In this document: piece after piece, positions 9,454 to 19,907 of the stretch
Layout of the letters: every line of letters starts with the position of its first letter
Position numbering within the stretch: position 1 is the stretch's first letter
Source: Craspedostauros australis
Lineage: Eukaryota
Assembly (NCBI GenBank): GCA_030167865.1
Contig: JALAGF010004047.1
Span: forward strand, 1 to 43,654
Reading direction: 5' to 3'
DNA length: 43,654 bases
Program-made: the position numbers and the translations under genes
The notes under the pieces: generated by a model
The model's input: only the letters and a program-made list of their open reading frames with translations
What the model was told of the DNA's origin: nothing
The model's database searches: none

Positions 9454-12400
9454 ATGATGGATGCATCGGTGAAACGAGATCGGATTGTGCTGCCGATGCC
9501 GACTTTTGTGTCCACCATCGTGATGGCTGCGTCCATCGTGGCCATCCACGCTGGTGGATTCGCACAGGCATTCTCGTTACCAGGATATGGAATGCATCAT
9601 CATGGCATCTTGTTGCATTCCCAACTACGCAGTGAACTACGCAGTGAACTACGCAGTGAACTACGCAGTGAACTACGCAGTGAACAGCGACTACGTGTAT
9701 CCCAGACGCGAACAAAGCCGTCCTCCCGACTTTGCGCATCAGAGGATGGTCACAATCAGCATGAGAGTCATTCAGGCGCAGATGCAGATGCAGATGTAGA
9801 GCCAGTTCCAATTCCGTCCATCGCCAACCTAGATCCACAAGCGATGCTGCAAAATGCCGATCGGTTGTGGAAGGCGGTCAACCTCCCTGTTGCAAATGGG
9901 GCGAGCAACGAGGGCATCATCAATGACAACGATTCATCGACCCATCACATTGACGTCCTTGTTGATGACCAGCACAACGAGCACAACGAGCACAACGAGC
10001 ACAACGATCACAACAAGAGTCAACAGGCGTACCAGCATGGCCAAAGACGGCTGCGACAGATCGGTAACCCCGCGGAGGACCAACCTGTCAGCCGCCGCAT
10101 CATGTTCGGAGCCACCTTGATCGGAGCTTCGTCCCTCCTCATGGCTGGATCGCCGCAACCCGCGAACGCTGAAACTCCCTCATCATCGCTGCTTCTCTCT
10201 CAGAACACGGATTTTGGAAAGCTGGGATGGGAGACCACGCCGATCAACAAACGCACAGGCGTCACCGTCTACGATGCCGAACAGGCCGGCTACAATCTCG
10301 GTTTCGTCACCTACCTTGCGCGCTTTCTGCTGGCCTTCGATCCGGACTGTCAGCGCTGGTGGTACGCCCGGGCCGCCGACATCCCGCGCACGGCCACCGT
10401 CGAGCAGGTCGAGAGGACGCGCCAGGCACAGTTCGGTGCATTCTCCGCATCCGTCGAGGTCGGTCTGCAGGAGTACCGATCCATCGCTTCGGGGCCTGCC
10501 AAACTCCTGCAGTCTCTGCTTGTGCGATACTGCCCGCCCACAGAAGTGGTGCAGCAGCAACGTCAGCAGCGCGGATTGCCACCGCTCACGCCGCAGCAGG
10601 AAGATAAGGACAGGCGCGACAAGCAGGAGGCCAAGCGCCAGATCGCCCTGCTCTTCGGATTGCTGGAGGGCAACCAACCCACGCAAGAGCTTGCCAAGCT
10701 TTTGGCAGACATTGACAATGGCACCATCACGTCCGTCAAAATTGACGATGGCGCAGGCTTCACCAGCAGCAATGCGCAGACCAACAAATTCGACGGATAC
10801 GACATCAAGCAGGGACCCAAGGTGGAGTTTGCGGAACCCCTCGCCACATCCGGCCAACGTGCCGAAGGTCGCGTTCGGATGGAACCGACGGGCAACCTGC
10901 TGCGCATCGATGTGGTGGATTCTGGCAATGGATACAACCCCAACAAGCTGCCGACGGTCACTGTCACGACCACGATGACGCAAAACGGCCATAGTCCTGC
11001 CACTGCCACTACTTCCCAGAGCCAAAGCGAAGATGACAACGACAAGCAGCAGCAACAACAACAGCAACAGTTGCAACAGCAGGACGAATCACAGTCACAA
11101 GCACGTCGCGTTGTGGCAACAGCAAGGGCCAACGTCATTCGCAACGGACCAAACAAGGGCAAGATTGCGTCCGTCCAACTTCTGGATGCTGGCGAAGGAT
11201 ACCAGGCCGGCGATCACATCCACGTCCTTATCGCACCGCCGGAATACGATGGTGCCACGGGTCAGAAGGCACAGTGGGGTGGCGTGCAGGCCACCGCCAG
11301 GGCGATCATGGAGTACAGTATCGATGGCATCGACATCGTGAATGGCGGGTCTGGATACGCCATCGGTCAATCCATGCCCATCAAGGTGCAAACGGCGGCA
11401 CTGTCTGACGAGATGGTCGAGATTGGGTTTGCGACGGCCGTGCCAACCCTGGGCGATGGCAGCAGCGCCAACTTCAAGTCCAACGGCGCGCAATCGCGGT
11501 ACATTAGCGCCACATCCTCCGACGGAACGTCCACCGCACCTGCGCCCATGTTCTCAACCTCCTTCGGCAAATCCAATCAATCGTCGCAGTTCCTGACACT
11601 GCTACCAGCCGGTTTGGGGTTGGAATACGATCCCAGCCTGCAGCGTTACGTCCTCTCTGCCACCGACGACTTTGCCGACCGCAACGCGGAGTGGTTGGCA
11701 ACGGCCTCCAACCGTCCGCTGGATCCCGAGTTCGGGCCACGCGGACGCTCCCCCATCGAACGTGAAGTCCAGCTCGATCCCTCCAGCTACATTCGGTTCT
11801 GCATCTCTGGCGCTGTTTGCTGCTCTGGTGTGCATCTCGTGGTGACGCCCATCGACGTAGTCAAGACCAAGATCCAGACGGATCCGCAGAATTACCCAGG
11901 CGCATTGCCGGGCTTCCAAAAGCTGTTGGAGGAACGCGGCTTGGGCGGATTCTTCGCCGGCTGGGTGCCCACCACCGTCGGTTGGTTCGTGTGGGGCGCC
12001 TTCACATATTCCCTCACGGAGTCGCTGCGGCGTTTGATGAAGGCCGAGGCCGGGCCGCTGGCAGGATCGTTGGAGGTGCCCATCGTGCTGACTGCAGCAG
12101 CTGTCGGAGCATTCTTCGGTGTCTTCCTGCTGTGTCCGTTCGAGGCCGTACGGATCCGATCAGTGTCGCAGCCGGACTACGCGCCCAACCCCTTCGCCAT
12201 CACGGCGCGCATGGTCAAGGAGGAAGGCACCTTGTCGCTGTTCAACGCGGTGCCGCCGTTGCTGCTGAAGGAAGTCCCGTTCGCGATGGCCAAGTTCAGC
12301 ACGTTCGCAGTGGCCACGCGGTTGCTGTTCGAGGCGTTCCCTGCCACGCAAGAGGACGTGCGCCTTTCCTTGCTCGTCAGCCTCACTGGCGGTGCCATCG

Positions 12401-12693
12401 GCGGCATGGTGGCCGCTATCGTCAGCAATCCAGGCGATGCCACCGTGAGCGAAATGAAGAAATCGAAGACGGAGCTGAGCGCGTTGGGTGCCGCCAAGCA
12501 GCTTGTCGAGACGGGCGGCCTGCAGAACCTGATGCGCGGATTGCCGCTGCGCATGGCGTTCTATCCGTTGGTGGTGAGCCTGCAGTTTCTGGTGTACGAC
12601 AGCGTCCGCATCTCGCTGGGCATCGGATCCGATGACCTCAAGGTGTATTTGGATGTCCTGGGTGGTGCTCTGAGGGATGGTGGGGTGGCATAG
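9454..12693 (+). CDS. Phosphate-carrier-type mitochondrial carrier family protein with a long N-terminal extension, predicted plastid-targeted
   Basis: C-terminal ~300 aa has three MCF repeats (TPIDVVKTKIQ, CPFEAVRIRSV, SNPGDATVS) and the PiC/MIR1-like GAVCCSGVH. N-terminus is a signal peptide plus AQA-FSL. Start is ATG 9454 or 9496. Confidence 0.85.
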   Translation: MMDASVKRDRIVLPMPTFVSTIVMAASIVAIHAGGFAQAFSLPGYGMHHHGILLHSQLRSELRSELRSELRSELRSEQRLRVSQTRTKPSSRLCASEDGHNQHESHSGADADADVEPVPIPSIANLDPQAMLQNADRLWKAVNLPVANGASNEGIINDNDSSTHHIDVLVDDQHNEHNEHNEHNDHNKSQQAYQHGQRRLRQIGNPAEDQPVSRRIMFGATLIGASSLLMAGSPQPANAETPSSSLLLSQNTDFGKLGWETTPINKRTGVTVYDAEQAGYNLGFVTYLARFLLAFDPDCQRWWYARAADIPRTATVEQVERTRQAQFGAFSASVEVGLQEYRSIASGPAKLLQSLLVRYCPPTEVVQQQRQQRGLPPLTPQQEDKDRRDKQEAKRQIALLFGLLEGNQPTQELAKLLADIDNGTITSVKIDDGAGFTSSNAQTNKFDGYDIKQGPKVEFAEPLATSGQRAEGRVRMEPTGNLLRIDVVDSGNGYNPNKLPTVTVTTTMTQNGHSPATATTSQSQSEDDNDKQQQQQQQQLQQQDESQSQARRVVATARANVIRNGPNKGKIASVQLLDAGEGYQAGDHIHVLIAPPEYDGATGQKAQWGGVQATARAIMEYSIDGIDIVNGGSGYAIGQSMPIKVQTAALSDEMVEIGFATAVPTLGDGSSANFKSNGAQSRYISATSSDGTSTAPAPMFSTSFGKSNQSSQFLTLLPAGLGLEYDPSLQRYVLSATDDFADRNAEWLATASNRPLDPEFGPRGRSPIEREVQLDPSSYIRFCISGAVCCSGVHLVVTPIDVVKTKIQTDPQNYPGALPGFQKLLEERGLGGFFAGWVPTTVGWFVWGAFTYSLTESLRRLMKAEAGPLAGSLEVPIVLTAAAVGAFFGVFLLCPFEAVRIRSVSQPDYAPNPFAITARMVKEEGTLSLFNAVPPLLLKEVPFAMAKFSTFAVATRLLFEAFPATQEDVRLSLLVSLTGGAIGGMVAAIVSNPGDATVSEMKKSKTELSALGAAKQLVETGGLQNLMRGLPLRMAFYPLVVSLQFLVYDSVRISLGIGSDDLKVYLDVLGGALRDGGVA
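9623..9682 (+). repeat. (AACTACGCAGTG)x5 encoding LRSE repeats in the putative transit peptide
   Basis: Five exact 12-nt copies read directly. Confidence 0.95.
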
Positions 12694-13252
12694 GCGTGTA
12701 GATGCATGGAGTAGTCCGTACGAATGCTCTACGCTGTGATATATACAATAGATCTCTGCCAAGCTAAGTTAGATTGAACAATGCTCTGCTTTCTCTAGAG
12801 AGCCGTTGGAGAGAGTATTCGAGTTTTGCGTATTCCGCTCTTCGACTGGACGTTTGATGTTTGACGAATCTCATCGTTTGGTTGCTTCATCTGGCTGTGG
12901 CCTTGGTGGGGTACAAGATGCTGACGACTCCCAAGTGTCACCATGACCTTGAGCCCTCTCCCAATACTGTGCGATCATACATTACTCTCATCGCGCAAGT
13001 GGTATGCTTTGACACTGTGTGGAAGTGGTACAGCAGTATTGTATTATCACACTACTATATTATTTTTACAGGAGCAATTGCCAATCAGTGCAACTCACAA
13101 CATGACGCACCCCAAGCAAAACAGGCAGTGAAAGGACCGAACCGAAACGAAAGAATCGAAATGAGAAGAAACGAGCGCTTCATTCATTCATGCGTGCATG
13201 CATGTATCCGTCCATGTATTGGTCGATGGATGGATCGCATTGATGCAGACGC

Positions 13253-14332
13253 TTAGTTTCTTCGGATGTGGTGGCCCTCTGGTGTTCCCCACCAGCGGAT
13301 GACGGATCCGCGCTTGTTCTTGTCCACTCGGACATCCTCGCAGTAAGTGAACTTGTAACCAATGAAGCTTCCTGCGCCGATAACGGCAATGACGCAGGTT
13401 GCAATGACAGGGTATGTGGCTGGGTCAGAAACCCAGGCCTTCTGTCCTGCGGCCTTGATCTTCGTTGCCTGGATGAATGCCGGGTCCGTCTTGGTGACGG
13501 AGGACATCAGGCGGCTGTTGGTGGCCGTGCTGCGGGTGGAGGCACTGTCATGTGAATGCGTGGCAAACGGAAAGTAGAATAGCATAGAGTATGAATCGAG
13601 GATTCGTTGTGTGAGAAAGCAGTGATCGGTTGCCTGTTGCCAATTCATTCTTCCACTCGCCAGCCCTTTGTTTGGCTCATCATTTGATCCACCCTCTCAC
13701 ATCTGTTGTGCCGATCGAGGCAACCAAGACTTCCCGAACAAATGTGCAATGAAGTGACATTTTCTTTGGCACACAATACGAATTCTGAATGCGGCGTGTT
13801 GGGGTGCATTGAAGTTGTGTGATGTCTGAGGGAGTGACGGACATCGGAAACGATTCTGCTGTGGAATCATTTCTGCAAACAAATGATTCTTCATCGGCTG
13901 TTTGCATTCGCTCCTGCGTCCCTTGTCCCTTTGTGCATGTTCTGCTTCGTCCATCGTCTCGATGACGGTCGAGGCTGCGCCGATGCATTGAAGGGGACTG
14001 CCGACATCATGGCATGCCATGGAAGGCCTCATGCTCAATCATGACCTTCACATGCTGCTGATGCTTTCGACGTTCGGTTGAAGTTGCCGATGGGATCATC
14101 GCTTCCGCAGCATTGGAATGCAAGAGAGAGAGAGAGTGTGTGTGTGACCATCACGGTCCATTCTCAGAGTCTTCGATGATGAGCACAAAGAGAATGCTGC
14201 TGCTCTCCTGAACTCCATTCCACTTCACATGACATCACAAGACAACCAACAGAACCACGGACCATCCAATCGCGTTGCGATAGGTGGAACTCACCGAGCC
14301 AACGAAGAAGCGGAGAGGCGAAGAGCATTCAT
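13253..14332 (-). CDS. NDUFA4/B12D-like small mitochondrial membrane protein, 2 exons (14332-14295, 13544-13253), 109 aa
   Basis: Exon 2 has WVSDPATYPVI, one TM helix and EDVRVDKNKR, the B12D/NDUFA4 pattern. Exon 1 MNALRLSASSLAR ends at a GTGAGT donor (14294) and joins in phase to the CAG acceptor (13545), giving a presequence-like MNALRLSASSLARASTRSTATNSRLM. Confidence 0.75.
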
Positions 14333-15338
14333 GGTGACTGATTAATCTGAAGGTGGGTGCGAGAGCGGGAGTGGGTGATGTCTTTGGTTGTTGGGTCTGT
14401 GAGTTGCTGGATTGTGAGATGGTTGTGGTTCCTCCTGTCTTGTCTTGGTCTGCCTTGTTCTTGCTCTGTCTTGTTGCGGTTGTTGTGTTTGCTGCCGATC
14501 ATTTCGTTCTGCTGTCTTTTTTGCCTGGAATTGTCTTCGCTTGCGAGCACCAATGCACGCAAATGAACGCCGCACTTTTTGCGCTTTTTCATTGGTCGTC
14601 ATGCGTTGGACGTGGCAATTCCTGTTTTGGCCCACGACTGTCGCATGGCTTCGCAAGCCAACGTCATCCAATCACGATCGGCATGCGACATACAACAGCC
14701 AATGAAGTCTCACAACGACACTCTTTCCGGCGACTTTCCCACAGATAAGGTCTGTAGAAGTACTTTCGGTCCGATCAATCGACTCCAGTTCTTCGTTTCT
14801 TGTGGATCACCAACAAGCCGATCCACGAAGTTCGCGTTTGGCGCCATTTCGTTCTCGTGTTGACGTGTCGAAGTGCGAATTTTGGGAATCATTTTGTTCG
14901 TGACGTCATCTCGCATCTGAGGCCAAGTCCCGCATTTCCGCGCACGATCTCTGTCTGTCTCTCCATCATCACATAACATGACACCAACCATAGTCTTTGA
15001 GTTATGTGCTATTAGTCTATTATCATGCAATATAATATTTCGTTCAATTGGTGCCATCTGGAGCGCGCCTCCCAGATGAAAACTATCATCTCAGGGCGAG
15101 TGTCCACCGCCTCTCCTCTACCTGTCTTGTCTACGGCCATTCGTTTTTTGTTTTACACTGCCGTCAGATCATCCATCGCTTGTTGTTACAACTGTCTCTT
15201 GTCCTCTTACCTTTTCCTTCCATATCCCTTCTCATCTTTTACTTTCCATGCATATGAGTGCATGATCTGGATCATTGATTCATTGATGCGTTGCCAGTCT
15301 TCCTAGTATAATACTCCGCTCTCCAATCCTCTGCGTGA

Positions 15339-18300
15339 TCAGCTCGGCGGATTGGCCGATTCATATTCCTGCTTCAGCATCTTGACGATGTGCTCACCCT
15401 TGCTCTCCCATTCCGACCGATTCATCATGGCGTAGTTGATAAACTCGTCGCTGGAGACGCCAAACACGCCGCACTCGCTCAGCTTCTTCGCCAACGGGAT
15501 GATGTAGTTGTCGTAGAACCACAGCTCTCCTCTGTACCATCCCAACGAGGGGTCCTTGTCCAGCCTGCCATCCTTGAAGGCCCTGTACATTTCGTTGAAC
15601 AAGCGCCTGTTCCACTTCTGGTAGACGTGCCAATGCTGCATGGTATGGCTCACATCGGCAGCCTGCAGAATGTGCTCGATCACGATGGTCGCCTTCAGGT
15701 CCATTCGGTTGCTCACGCTATCCTCCGGTGTTGTGCTGGTGGTGGTGGAGAGGTTGTCGCTCTCCGTTTCGTCGCCGCTGGATTGCATCTTTGCCAAATT
15801 CAAGTTGTCCAGAGATGTCCTCCCTTCCTGGGCGCCGTTGTTGGATCGCGATGAACCCTTGGACGATTGGATCATGGCATTGCTGGCGGTGTTGTTGCTG
15901 TCGTTATTGCCATTCTGTTCGTTGGCGGGATTGGTGATACTGAGAGCCGTCGCCGAGGTGCTTTCGCTCTTGCCCAGATTGCCATGCTCGGACGTGGACA
16001 TGGATTCTGGGAACGCCTTCGACCAGCGGTTGTTGCGCAGCTTCTTCAATTCCGGATCGAAGATGTCAGTGGCCATGACGATGTTGACGAGCAGCTGTCT
16101 AAAGCGCTTCTTGGAGTCCTGATCTTCGAAGAGGCACGCGCGCAGTTCCTTGTACTGCAAGTCCATGAGCAATCCCCATGCCAGATCGAGCGAGTTTTGT
16201 TCAGCGACAGACTTGCCACCATACATTTGTGCCATCTCATCCTTCTCCTTGATGAGCTGCGAGTTCGGCACTCCAGGATGGTCAACGTCATGAATCAATG
16301 CCGCGAAGACACAGGCAAAGTGAGTGAGTGGATCGGAGGTGATTCCGTACGTGTAGTTGTGAAGCTGTGCGGCGACCTGAGCGTTGGACTCGCGATGTCC
16401 GATGTTCAGATCATCAGCCGCGACAATCCTCATGAGGATCTTGTTGGTGGACATCGTGACGTGACTCGCGTGGTCGTAGTTGTGGAATGGATTGTCCCGG
16501 TACGACGATGCGATCTTGGTGACGTAATCACGTAGTTGTGCCTCCACCTTGGGCTTCAGCTGGATGTCATTGGGGTCAATAACAGCCTGGATTGCGACGT
16601 TGTCCTGGAAGTGCGGGAGGTGGATCGCTTCGCGGTACTCTTCGCGTGGGTTGCCACAGCCAAAGTCGTATTCCTCCTGGCTGGCTGCCTTGCGTCGTCC
16701 TCCGCCACCGATGCTGATTTTCGATCGGCGTTTGCGTTGCTCTTTGGAATTCATTTGATGTGCAACGACGCGCTTAAGAAGCACCATCAGCAGATCCACA
16801 TTCCATTCCACAAGCCGCTGGAAGTGAGGTGTCAGCCTGGGCCCGCGCTTGTTCAGCTTGGTGCTGGTTTGCCTTTCCTCTGCGAATTGGCTGCGCGTGT
16901 GCATTGAGACTGGCGCGCTCTCCACTGATGCCACCGAATGCGTTCCACCGACCCTTGGCATCACCCAGAATCTGCATCGCCAGGGCATTAGATACACGAT
17001 ACGAGTGTGCATAGTTGCAGAGTAGCAGTAGCATTGGTTGTTTTCGTTGAGTGTGGCAGGGATGATGATCAGAGTTTGAAATGAAGTTAGACACAGGGTG
17101 TGTGTGTGAGAGAGAGATGGAGAGAAGGCAGCGATTGGCGCATAGAGGCGCGTTCCGGCATGCAAGACAACGCAAATCGTGGCAAAGAAAGTGAATCGAC
17201 CATGATTGGTCCGGATCGGAGAAGAGTACTGGTAGACACTCAGATGCCACCCTCCAACAAACCAAAGAAAACACGATACAGCAACATCACCACCACCATC
17301 AACAACGACCACAGCAACTGCATGATGCACTTACGTCTGGATGGTGCCCTTGCCCTTGGCCTCGATGAGATCTTCACGTGTGCGGATCCATTGCGACTTG
17401 CCATGATCCACCAGCAGGTTCGCCGTCTCCTGCGAGCACTGAATGCGGTTGGGCACCCCTGTACTTTCCATGCGGCTGGCTGTGTTGACCGTGTCACCAA
17501 AGAGTTGGAATCTCGACTTCTGTCCACGCAGGACACCTGCTGTGACGGGACCGGAGTGCAGACCAATTCTCATGGCCAGATCGGTGGTGTCGGGACCGAG
17601 CTCCACCTCCAGATCTCGCGTGATCTGCGCCATCTTGTGCAGGGCGGCGGCCGCGAACTTGGCCATGATGAGGGCGTGCTCTGGCTGCGGATCTGGCAGT
17701 CCCGTGACGGCCAGGTAGCTGTCGCCGATGGTCTCCACCTTGAAGACGCCCTTGCGGTCCGCGAGCTTGTCGAAGGCACCGTAGATGGATTCGAGGAGGC
17801 GGAAGACCTGCGATGGTTCTCGCGTGGATGACCACGCGGTGAAGCCGGCGATGTCTGCGAAGAGCACGGTGGCCTTGGGGAAGAGATCGGCGATTGGTTT
17901 GGACTGGAGTGGGTTCTCCGGCGCGGCACTCTGCATGCCGTAGTCGGCACCAACGCTGTTGACGAAGCTCTTGAGCTTGGCTCGCTGCGTGGCGAATGGG
18001 CCGATGGTGATCTGGTCCGTGTTGAAGACCGACTCCTGGGCACCGTTGGCGGCGGCGTTTGGATCTGCGTTGCCGTCATCGAGCAGACGCTTGCGCACGT
18101 TCTTGGGGAAGAGGGAAGACACGATGGCGTGGCTCTTCGTGGCCGTTTTCATGACGACCTTCTGGCGGCGTTCGACGATGCAGTCATATCCGAGGAAGAT
18201 GGCGCTCGTGACGACGAAGGCGACGGCCACCAAAACGGTGTAGATGGCGGGGAGGTTGCTGAAGTACCGATCCCTCATGGTGTTCGTGGGGTAGATATGC

Positions 18301-19907
18301 AGGCTGGACGGGCAGCGGTCTTCGTTGAAGGTGATGTCCCCGACCCCTATGGTCTCCTCCTGGAAGAAGACGTCGAGATCGAACGATCGGGCCATGATGT
18401 CGAACGCGCCGTCATGATGGTCACCGGCTTGGAAGTAGGTGACGTCGCCGTCCACGACCTGGAAGGTGAAGGCCTGGCCGCACTGATTCTGCAGGATGAT
18501 CTGGATGTCGTTGGCGGCTTGTGGCAGCTGTCGCAGTTGCATGTAGGAATCCCAGGCGAAGTTTGTGCTGACGATCCCCAGGAAGCGTTGCAGTTTGCCG
18601 TTGCTGTCAATCTCGTTGAGCGGGTAGATGATGCTGCTGCTGGGCAGGCCGGCAAAGAGCTCGAGGCTATTCGGGACGTTGCTTTCGAGGATGACGACCT
18701 TGGACAAAGTGAGCTGATTCGATTCCACCGTGGTGCGGTGGTCCTCCGCCAGCTCCGGGCCGTTGAGTACGTCGAAATTCACCAACACATCAACAGGCGA
18801 ATGCTGCCAAACCGGAAGGTAAGGCCCAGTTCCTTCAGGCACGGTTCTGGCGTTGCTGGTTCCGTTGCTGGTCCATATGCTGTTGCTGATGACAAACTGC
18901 GGCGTTCCGCCGGATGGGCTCTGCAAGGATCTCTGCGTCAGTTGTTGGTCGTGTTCATGTTGCTGTTGTCGTGACTGATGGTGGTTGTGGTTGCGGTTGC
19001 TGTGTTGACTACGTTGCTGGTTGGGCCGGTGCTGATGCGACGATATCGCTTCGCCAACATCCCTAGCGCCAACCCTAGCGCCAACACTATTGGCAACACT
19101 GCTGGCATCCAATAGCCGCCTGTTGTTGGAATCATCGTCATGAACGGCGAAGTTCCATTGATCCTGCCGCGTCCTGTTCTCGAACTTCAAACCATCGTCC
19201 ATCCACCCGTAGTTCTGCACCACGTAGGCCTCGTAGCTCGATCTCTCCGATTCTTGAACGTAAGGCAGAAAGGCGATGGAGGTGAAGATGCCCGACTTGC
19301 GCGTGGCCGCCGCCCGTCGCTCAAAGTCCGGGATCGTAACGCGTGGCCACGTCGCATTGGTGGCCTTGGCGTGGCTGAGGATGGCGACCGCCATGTTGTC
19401 GACGGCCGCGATGCCTTCGGCCATGTGCGTGCGCACGGCCTCGAGGATCGTGTTGGAATGATCCGCGAAGCGCAGTTCGAACTCGTCGCGTTCAGCCTCG
19501 CGCGTGGAGTAGTAGATGGCGGCGCTGACGCCGATGGCGGCCGTCAGCAAGGAAGCGAAGACGAAGATGCGCAGCCAGCCCACCTGCCGCGTCTCGTAGG
19601 TCGCGAGCTCGGGCTCGTCCTCCGGTGCGGGCGATTGGCCTGGGAAGAGAGCACCGTTGCTCTCGCCCATGGAGGAGGTGGCGTCGTACTTCATCGACGA
19701 GTCGGCTGAGAAGTCAGAGGAGTCGTCGCGGTCTTCGCTGTTGTGGTCCTTGTCTTCTTCATCAACGTCGTCCAAGATGCTTCGCGATGTGAGGAAGGTG
19801 CCAGGCCTCTGATGTTGCTGATGGTGGTGTTGCCGATGTTGCTCCAGTTCGTACCGATGGCCAGGCTGGGCCTGCTCCTGGTATTGCATAGATGCGGATG
19901 CCACCAT
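15339..19907 (-). CDS. Receptor-type nucleotidyl (guanylyl-like) cyclase / cNMP phosphodiesterase fusion, copy A; exons 19907-17335 and 16971-15339, 1401 aa
   Basis: Two TM helices flank a CHASE-like region (WPRVTIPDFE, YLPVWQHSP). Cyclase motifs VLFADIAGFT, KVETIGD, GLHSGPV, RFQLFGDTVNTASRMES. PDE motifs FHNYDHASHV, IHDVDHPG, MATD, QAADVSH. A GTAAGT..CAG phase-2 intron restores KGKGTIQTFW. Confidence 0.92.

Noticed and set aside
9623-9682. Regular repeats as a possible CRISPR array
   Set aside because: Contiguous 12-nt units with no spacers, inside a eukaryotic CDS, and no cas genes.
15339-17330. ORFs 15339-17330 and 21860-23512 as stand-alone PDE genes
   Set aside because: Their N-termini are intron sequence; canonical splice sites join them in frame to the cyclase exons.
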